Source: Felis catus
Taxonomy: Eukaryota
NCBI RefSeq assembly: GCF_018350175.1
Contig: NC_058368.1
Span: 21,764,001 to 21,828,000, forward strand
Length of the DNA stretch: 64,000 nt
Direction of reading: 5' to 3'
Every line of letters begins with the position of its first letter. The stretch's first letter is position 1. Shown here piece by piece: positions 55,063-64,000 of this stretch. A model generated the notes under the pieces. It did no database searches, was not told where the DNA came from, and saw only the letters and a list, made by a program, of their open reading frames with translations. The translations under genes were made by a program, and so were the position numbers.

Positions 55063-55856
55063 CTTAAAAGTTTATTTTTAAACATCCCTGGTATGAAGAC
55101 CTGGAAAATGTCTGCAGTGGACCCTCATGAAGAGGACACTCTGTCCTTGACAACAGATTCAGTGTAACAGGCTGTTTCTAACAGTGTCCCCGATGTGGGC
55201 AGAAGGCAGGATGCCAGAGGGAGAGTGTGTAAAAGCCTTTCCATGAGGGATTACCTAGTTGTTTCCGGAACTTTGCTCTCTGCTGATCTGGCTCAATCCA
55301 AGGGTGAACAGAGTGGAGAAAAATGGATGGGCCGCAACCCTGCAGGCAGTCCTGAAAACGTGATGTCTCTCAACAGTTTTTGCTGAGTGCAGAATGGGAG
55401 AGAAATGGGGATTACAGACTTTGACAGGAACTTGGAGTACAGATACACGCTGCTGCCAAAGAAGGACAGATCTCAATGTTTTAACAGTTAAGTGAGTTGG
55501 CGAGAAATGGTGTCCCAGTGTGAAAGTCTAACATATCCTGATAGAAGCCCTTCTCCCCATCAGAGAGAGGTGGGGGCAAGGTGCCAAAGCAATACTGTGT
55601 TTCACTGGTGCTAAGATAGATTTTTTCCTCCGTATTTTAGTATTTTAAAAATTAGAATGCATTTTACGTTTGCCGTGCCTCAGTTCGTTGGAGGTGGGTT
55701 TTTTTTTTTTTCTATCAAAGTATGAGGCATCTTATAATTAATGGTATCTCAGATTCAATTAAAGAAGTCACTATCTTCAATGTTGTTCCTTCAAGCCTCA
55801 GTATCTCCAACTACTTGGAGGTGATAGTTCAAATTTGCTTTAAAAGTCTAAATTTT

Positions 55857-56020
55857 GGAGGCTCCTGGGTGGCTCCGTTGGTTGAGCAACCCACTCTTGA
55901 TTTCGGCTCAGGTCATGATCCCAGGGTCGTTGGATCGAGCCCTGTGCCAGGCTCCATGCTGAACATGGAGTCTTCTTTGGATTTTCTCGCTCCCCCTCCC
56001 CTCCCTAAATAAATAAACAA
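55857..56020 (+). mobile_element. CanSINE
   Basis: TSD GTCTAAATTTTG. Confidence 0.88.
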
Positions 56021-56518
56021 ACAGATGTCTAAATTTTGCTTGGGGCCTTAGGGATCACTTACTTGCATACTCCCCTCCACCCCTCCTTCCATCCTTTCAC
56101 ATTTGCTCCCTGGGAGCCAAGCACACAAGACAGGCTTGGAGGAATACATAAAATGATTTGCGGTAGGTTATTAATTGATTATATTGTAGGTAACCAGATT
56201 CCTGCAAACAGGCTGTCCCGTCCCCAGTATTATTTACACTGTAAATTTCCTTTGCAGATTCTTCCTTTCCAGGTAAGGAAAGGAAGAGGCAGATGATCAG
56301 CATAACCAACCTAAATTCACGGTGTAAGTGATCGTTTCCTTGCATTTAATTATGTCAACTCTACAACTCCTGGAGTCCTAGCACCAGGGCTCCGGGAAAG
56401 GTCCACAGATTGCCGAGTATGAAATTGTAAAATAATACTTTGTCAGAGACAGGTTTGATTGAAGACAAAATGCAAAAAGTTTGGGGAAGAATCCTTTGTT
56501 TATTTTAAAATTATTATT

Positions 56519-56730
56519 GGGGGCGCCTGGGTGGCTCAGTTGGTTTAGCGTCCGACTTCACTCAGGTCATGGTCTCGCGGTCCGTGAGTTCGAGCCCCAC
56601 ATCGGGCTCTGTGCTGCCGGCTCGGAGCCTGGAGCCTGCTTGGGATTCTGTGTTTCCCTCTCTCCCTGCCCCTCCCCTGCTCACTCTCTGTCTCTCTCTG
56701 TCTCTCAAACATAAATAAACATTAAAAATT
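56519..56730 (+). mobile_element. CanSINE (felid type)
   Basis: SINEC head, CT tract, A tail. Confidence 0.9.
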
Positions 56731-59674
56731 TTTTTCTTTTTAATTATTAAAATCCACGAACCTTTTCTTGTTTGTTATGGAAGCTAGAGTTTGAATCTAA
56801 GGATAAATCATATATAAAGAGAATAATTGGGCAAGGCTTGCATGAACAAGGTAAACTGTTGCTATCTTTAATTTTAGTTAAATGCCTGTGAGGTAACAGG
56901 GAGGGCCTGGCAGGCCTAAGCATAATGTGAGCTAACTGTGAGGCTTCCCCACCTACTGCCCTTTTAGAATCTCTACACCTTCCCTTCCCCCTTTCCATTG
57001 CTTGACACAGACCCCAGACCTAACAAAATCCATTTCCCATCACCACTTCATTGTAGGAAACAAATCGCATCCATTAATTAATCTTAAGGTATCAATAATT
57101 GATCCTAGTGTGATGTATTACCCTTCCCAAATGTATTTGCATAAAAAATGTATTACACAACTGATACATTTTCATTGCTGAGAAATGGAAAATTCAGATA
57201 AGCAAAAAGAAAACAAACATGCCCAGTATCATCAGGAAGAACCACTATTACAAATTTAGTTTCTGTTTCTCAAGCTCTTGTCTGTGCATGTATTAACATT
57301 TTGGGGAGACTTCAGCCTTTGAAGTAGGGCGTTCACACCCCTTCCTTCCTCTCTCTCCCTTGCCCTCAGCTGATCATCAAGAAGCAGCGGTCCTACGGAA
57401 CCAGCTGTGGATAGTATTACAGAACATGGCCCCATTCTTGAGAAATCCATGCACTTACAGAGGTTGATAGGTAGCAGTTATCATTTATTTTTGGAAACTA
57501 GTTTCCGTTGATGCTTATGTTGACACAGATCAAGTTGACATCTTAAAATATTTGATTGGCCACATCCCAGCTCTTCAAGGGAGGGATCAACTGTGCTGAG
57601 CCTGCTGCAGTATTACGTCCTACGTGTTTAATCCCTTCCCTTCCAGAAGCCTTCCTCAGTCCCATTAGAGTCAGAGGCAAAGACTGAATTCTTGCAGCCC
57701 TTGTCTGTGTCCCTTAAATGGCCCTGGGTGGCCTTGTATTGTTATTTTTGACATCCACCTTCACAACTGCACAGGGGCCTCGAGGCCACACTTAGAATCC
57801 TAGATTCTTGTACTGCTTAAGGGAGCCTCGGAGAGGTCCACCCAAGGAGGCTCAAGAGGGCTTAGATAACTGCCCAAGGCCACATAGCTTTTAAGTGAGG
57901 TAGGACCCAGTGTTCTTTCTATTCCAGCAGTGTTAGACATATTCCCAGAGCTTATAAGTTATGAAGTTATTTAACTTTGCTTATTTTTTTATGATCTAAA
58001 AAATTTGGCCTAAAATGCCTTTCTGATCATCTGAGTCTATTCATTAAACTTGAGTCGTCTCTCAATTTCATTGTTTGGCTTTGTGTTTTGTATTGTCCTG
58101 TTAGTACTTCTCACTGGTTGGACCAAGAGGTCAGGTAACAGCAATTAACTTATATAATGCAGTGTGTTTTTTAGGGAGAGGGGTGACAAAGTAGAGGACA
58201 CTCGGGGGTCCCCACTTTTCCAAATTTGAGCAACACCACAGAATAGCACACTACTTGTTCCCTGCAAATGTGTTTGTTGATGATGCATTTCAGTAAAAAG
58301 TAAATTAAACATTTTGTTTGGCTTCTCATTTCTGATTCATGGTACTGTACTAACAGTAAAAGGCAAACAAATTTTTGGCATTTTTTTTATTACATTTTGG
58401 GGATTGGACTGATAGTGGTACCTGCGGACATGATCTCACTAGTGAGAACTTAAGAACTGGAAGTAAGACATGGGTGTCACTGGTGTCCCCATGAGCGCCC
58501 ACGATTTAAACTGTCTTCATAAATTCAGTGCCTGTCCCAGGACCGGACCACAAATATTCATGCTCCCTGTAACAGTGACATCTGGTGGCCCCAGAGTAAT
58601 AGGACAGCAGTTGAGGCCGTGATCTGTGGATTTGGGGGAGATGAGTTTATTTTATGTCATATAGCAGCTGCCACTCTCACCACAGGAGCTGCTCCTCTTT
58701 CCCTGGGAGCCCCTCCCCATGACACACTTCTCCCTGATCACCGCATATCCAGTTAGCACCTCTGGCCCAAGAACCCTTCAACATCATCCCCACTTCCTCG
58801 GGGCACCATCCTCCCAACTGAGCAGTGGACAAGCTAATGATAACAGCCTGCGTGGGAAGAAGTGCACTTACCTGTGGGGCCTTGTCAGCTGCCATTGGTC
58901 GTGTTAGGCCGGGCCTGGCCTGGATTCTGGTGCTCGAGGACCTGTGATTTACTGCCTCCCTGGGCAGCAGGTGGCCAGGGTATTTTTAGTGTCTGGGGCC
59001 TTTAGCAGGTTTGGGTGGGGGTAGGAAGCAAAGGTGAGGCCTCGGGGATTCAGCTCTTCCAAGGTTTAAGTTCAAAGCCTCCCACTTGTGGGGTCTCTTC
59101 CTTAACTTCCTGTGGGCTTTCAGGCTCCTGGTACAGGGGTCTTCACTTCAGAAACCACGTATGTTTTCTTGCATGTCTTTGCCTTTTTCCTTTTCCTAGT
59201 CAGTCAGGAAGCGTGAGCTGGAGACCGCGATACCTTTGGGATGCCCGGATTGTTTGGTATCTAGGAAAGTGACTGGATATTATTAACGCCCTGAGTGCAT
59301 ACTCATCCCATTTCAAAGCACTTCTCCGTGCACTGTGTTATTGGATCCTCACGATGATCCCGTGAACTCTGTGGTCAGCAACTATCATCTATCTTCCTCG
59401 TACGGAAGAACCTGGTGGAGAAAGGTGAGTGATCACCCGATGCCACAGGACGTGCACACGGTGGAACCTGAAGCTGGGCTGTCCTGGCTTTGCCACCAGC
59501 CGTGCTGAGTTAGAACCCACTTGTGCTGCTCACCAGTGTCGGGATTCAGGGGAAGATGTTTAACTTCTCTCCTTATCCCCAAACTGAGAATCATGGTCCT
59601 TGGCACATGCAGCTGTGAGGATGTCTAATCAAATATGCAATAAACTGTTCTCATCCAAATGAAAGCTCACACGG

Positions 59675-59794
59675 TCGGGAGCCTGGCTGGCCCAGTCGGT
59701 CAAGCATCTGACTTCGGCTCATGTTCTCACGGTTCGTGAGTTCGAGTCCTGCTTCAGGTGAGCTTGAGCCCTGCTTTGGGTGAGCCCTGGCTTC

Positions 59795-59828
<34 letters not shown>

Positions 59829-59880
59829 CCACTCCCCCCTCACTCAGTTGCGCCCTCTCTCTCAAAAAAAAAAAAAAAAA
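59675..59880 (+). mobile_element. Variant CanSINE with a repeated GAGCCCTG/GGTGAGC core
   Basis: tRNA-like head, CT tract, long A tail, TSD-like CTCACAC. Confidence 0.8.
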
Positions 59881-61172
59881 TTCTCACACATTTATTTGGC
59901 TTTGTATGTGTCCAGGGCCAGGCCCTAAATATATGACACTGCCGCTGCCCTCACACAAGAGACAATCTCCGAACCAACTATTAAACTCACCAGGTGCTCA
60001 AACCTGGGGCTTCCGAGCAGGCACATCAGAGGGAGAAAAAAAGGTAAAAATGGAAAAGGCTGTGTGCCCAGATGCTTTGTCAATCGGACCCTCCGAACCT
60101 GGATTTGAGTTCCCTGGTACAACTACTTGGTGCTGCAAATGCTTTTGTGATGCCTTGTCCTTGGCATCTGTTTCCTTTCCAAGGAAACATTCTGTCTGCG
60201 CTTCAGGGAAGAGGGTGTTTTCACCAGCACTTGGATAGAATGGTATCAGCACCATGAGAGACCTGGAGAGACGGGAACAATGAAGTGACCGAGCTCTCTG
60301 CAGTGAGGGAGTGGGCGAGAGCTACGATCCAAGTCGATCCAAGTCATGCTCTCCTGCATTTTACCTGGAGCAGCTGAGCTGGACCCCCTGGGCTTGTCCT
60401 CTCCACGGCTGCCCCAGCCGTGGAGCCCAGGCATGCCTCCGTGAGCCGCGAGGTCTCCAGCTGATGGGGAGGGGCTGCTGTCAGTGTGATCCTGGTGTTT
60501 CACACCATGGATCTGTGGGCCCACTGGGTTCCAGCCTCCCGGCTGGGTGCCTACATACCTTTTCACTGGATCACTCCCTGCTTTTCTTTGTTTAGTGAGC
60601 CATTTCCCTGGGGGGTGGGCAGAATCTGTCTCGAGCCTCAGCTCATTTGCCTGTTGACCCTGAAAGCCTAAGTAGACCTAGCCAGTGAAGAGGACCTTGG
60701 CGGTCAGTGGTGGTGTTGGTGCCGACATATAAGGAACCAGGTCCTTTCCCTGTGAGTACTGGCCCCCGGTTCCTTCCCGGCCCCCATGCTGAAAGTGGTT
60801 GTTGTCCATAACTCACTAGTTCAATGTCATATTCTGTGTAGAAAGAGTTCCATGGTTGTGATCAGTCTCTAAGATCGGTGATTCCCATCATCATATTAAG
60901 AGCTCTGAGATGTCCTCTAGTGGAAAAACCTGTTTAATTTCATCGAACCCAGGATTTCCCAAGTTTGTTGGACCATGGAGGGAGGCCTCTTTTCAAGTCA
61001 ACAGCACTTCCTGTCCTTCAGATTAGAGCTCCACAGAACCCACTTTGGGAAGCATAGCTACCTCCTGAGAGCTGTCAGCTGCCTTGACTCATGGCCGCAT
61101 TCCACCCCAGATGGCATCTCCTAGGATACCGATCCCTCCCCAAAGTGGACCTGAGCTCATCCCGTCATGAGC

Positions 61173-61310
61173 CAGCCCCGGTTGGCCCATCTCCCCAGTC
61201 CTAATCCCACTCAGCCCTGGCACTCTGCCACGTTCCTGTTTGCCTAATAGCCATCCTAGGGCAACAGGAGAGGAGAGAGGATTCTCCTGTGTCTTCCCAT
61301 CTTCACTGTC
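61173..61310 (+). repeat. Dispersed direct repeat, copy 1
   Basis: Aligns by eye to 63011-63153 with 11 mismatches and one 5-bp indel. Confidence 0.92.
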
Positions 61311-62366
61311 CACTCAGATCGACACCCAGAGGGTGCAGTTCACCTTCGAGCTGGGATCCCATTGGAGAGTGATCTGCTTGTTTTTCCTGCTTTCTTCCCT
61401 TCTGGTTCCTTATCCTGTGCTCCCTGACTTCTGCTTGGAATGCCCTGGGCCTGGCAGGAACCTTTTATTAGGTGAGCAGGTCTCATACAGCTTCATTCCT
61501 GATTTGGAAGACTTTAGCCCTGGTTATCCTGGCTGGCAGTCTGAAAATGTCTTACTCCATTTTTGTTTTTTCTTAAATGCAAACCAGTTGTCGACCACAG
61601 CCCTCAAATATACCTGTCCTTCCTCTCTGGTTTTCCTCCTGTCCATAGTCCCACACAGGATTCTCACCACCCAGTCTCTCCCACCTGTCAGCCCTGGTCC
61701 AAGAAGAGCCAACACTGCTGCCTGGATGGGGATGCTTATTATGGGCCTGGGTGTGATTAGGTCCCAGCGGGTCCTGTCCAACCAAGGTGCATTTCCCCCT
61801 CTGCTTCATGATGGTTTCTTCCTCTCTGCTTTGTGATCATCATACTGGAGCCTCTGCTTTGAGTCCATCCCAGGATCTCTGGCCTCTGAATTCCATTGCC
61901 TGCTCTTCGCCTCTTTCTAAAACCTGCTCTCAGCACACCATCTAATCCTTGCGTTCACGTTGGATCAACAAAACATCGCCAGGATGGGAAAGAGTTTTGT
62001 GGCCAGGGACACCCCAAGAACATGTGAAAATGGAACACCAAGGAATGTCAGAATTTAAAAGTGCAATTTCACACAACTTAAAACTGAGAAGTAGCCAATG
62101 TCACTGTGCCCTCCCCCTCCACATCCAGGGGGGCATATTCCCTTGACATGACTGCATTTATGTTGGACTCTCTTGGGTTTAAAGGGTAAAGCATACGCTT
62201 AAGTAAGGTAGGATATCTTTGCCATCTGCCACACCTTTCTGAAGCTATAACTCCTTTCCTTAGCTCATAAATGATTTAAGCTGTTTTCCTGACTCATACT
62301 TGGAATACCATCCCTGAGCATTATTTTATAAGCTTGTGAAATCTTGATATAAAACAGTTCAGTGCC

Positions 62367-62850
62367 TGTGTTAGTCAGCTAGCGCCAAGGGGGTAAAAAA
62401 AAAAAAAAAAACCCCACAAAAGTCTCCTCAGTTCAATGCAACAATAAGCATTTGTCTTCAGAGCTCTGTGTGTTGTCTGGGATTTGGCTGATCTGAATTG
62501 GGCTCAGCTGGTCAACTCTGCTCCGCCTGCAATGGCTGAGTGGCTCTGCCTCTCACATCAGGTCTCTGGACCACGTTGGTGGCTTTGCTCTACATGTCTC
62601 TCATCCTGTCCTCCTTAGCAGACTAACCAAAGCTTGTTCTTCTGATGGTGCCAGCAGAAGCAGAAGAGAGAAGCCCCAGTGTGCAAAACCTTGCATCCCT
62701 GCTGCGTCACGTCTACCACCAGCCATTGGCCAAAGAAAGTCACATGGCCAAGCTCAAAGTCCCCGCGAAAGGACACTCCATCCATGATGAGGCCATAGTA
62801 AGGGAGTGGGTGGAGAAAGGAGTGAAGAACTGGGGCCGATAGTACCACCA
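62367..62850. mobile_element. Old MLT1-type solo LTR
   Basis: TGTGTTAGTCAGCTA start; CCATTGGCCAAAGAAAGTCACATGGCCAAGCTCAAAGTC motif. Confidence 0.65.
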
Positions 62851-63010
62851 TGCTCACCTGAGGTACATAGGAAAGGGCTAAAGGGTTTCTTCTGACCATT
62901 GCTACAGCAGCATTTTGTTGCAGAGATGCTCCAGGGAACCCGGGAGTCCTGGGAAACTCTTGAAGGTAAGTCTGAAAGGAAAAAAGAAGTGTGTGTGTGG
63001 GTGGGGGGAA

Positions 63011-63153
63011 CAGCCCCGGTTGGCCCATCTTCCCAGTCCTAATTCCATTCAGCCCTGGCTTTCTGCTACATTCCTGTCTGCCTAGTAGCTGAGCCATCCT
63101 AGGGCAACAGGCGAGGAGAGAGGATTCTCCTGTGTCTTCACATCTTCACTGTC
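63011..63153 (+). repeat. Dispersed direct repeat, copy 2
   Basis: Aligns to 61173-61310. Confidence 0.92.
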
Positions 63154-64000
63154 TAGTGATTGTTTTTCACAACAGTTCTCTCCTGGGAAGCTCTTCAAGA
63201 TGCTCACAGGCTCCCTGAGCCAGAGAACCAGGACGCCACCCAGAGTGTTCCCGAGGAGTGTAGAGGGAGCAGGCAGCAGAAAGGCAACATGGCGACCAAG
63301 TAACTCTTCCATGGCTAAGGGTGGTGAACCTTTATACTCTGACAAATGTGCACCAACAAAAGCACTGAGGGAGTGAGAGCCCCTGGAGCAGCCAGGTGAG
63401 GATCTGCCTTACCCAAGACAACAACTGTTTTAGCTGTGTGTTCTGATGTTTTCCCTGCTTTCTTCCCCCGTGTTTCTGTTGCTGTTTCTTGATTTTTCAA
63501 CTTTAGACACAACCTATTTTTTTTCTTACCTTGGAAGATAAGAATTTAACTCTCTTGCACTGTCCCCCATTTCCACCCTCACACATATATCCCTTCCCCC
63601 GTATTCCCAATATAGATAGTTTGGTTCAATGAATAGTTGGTATGCACATTGTTGTGAATATGAAAAAAAAATTGTTCACAACTGGGCCATTTAATATACT
63701 ATGGTTACATTTCTTTTCAGTGCAACGTTTTGATAATTGCCCTTCTTTGCATATTTGTTTGCTTGGTTTTCCACATACTTATCAATAAGACAACCTAAAC
63801 TGTCAATACTGAAAACTTCACTGATACAATCAAGCATAAGGTCAACTGTTAGTTTCTTTTGTCTGATGGCTTGAAACAGCCTGCTGGGAACCATTCGTTC
63901 TCTTGCTTCCAGCTATACAGGTTGCTATGGACGCCTCTGCATAGCTGTTGTTCTGGAAACTCCTTTGCTACCCTCTAGTGTTGAATTCCATGCTACCTGC

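Noticed and set aside
60326..60345. Small tandem duplications (GATCCAAGTC x2; similar ones near 1730 and 34207)
   Set aside because: Ordinary slippage micro-duplications; no spacer-repeat array, nothing CRISPR-like.
61240..61836. 198-aa plus-strand ORF
   Set aside because: Non-ATG start (TTG), no recognisable domain or codon signal; likely chance in moderately GC-rich DNA.
55000..64000. ARL11, expected downstream of EBPL on the opposite strand by mammalian synteny
   Set aside because: No small-GTPase motifs (GLDxAGKT, WDVGGQ, NKQ) in any listed ORF; presumably beyond the window.

Overview
Mammalian genomic DNA, almost certainly from a felid, given the abundant cat-type CanSINE/SINEC and young L1_Fc-like elements. 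The + strand carries the last seven coding exons and the ~2.5 kb 3'UTR of KPNA3 (importin alpha-4; 839-~11230). After these come a CpG-island promoter and the complete 4-exon EBPL gene (CDS 18614-52707, 206 aa, 26.4 kb first intron). The KPNA3-EBPL order and orientation match what I know of other mammals. The rest is intronic/intergenic and rich in SINEs, L1/L2/MIR fragments, solo LTRs, DNA-transposon MITEs and microsatellites. Apart from ORFs overlapping the exons, the ORF track is repeat-derived or chance. I found no convincing novel biological system. The most notable observations are a stop-free in-frame 96-nt KPNA3 intron with an in-frame alternative donor, an inverted pair of young L1 3' ends in EBPL intron 1, a SINE with a 28-bp TSD, nested insertions, a tiny L1 insertion near the EBPL 3' end that supplies an AATAAA, and a dispersed ~140-bp duplication at 61.2/63.0 kb. 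Repeat boundaries and subfamily names were judged by eye and are approximate.
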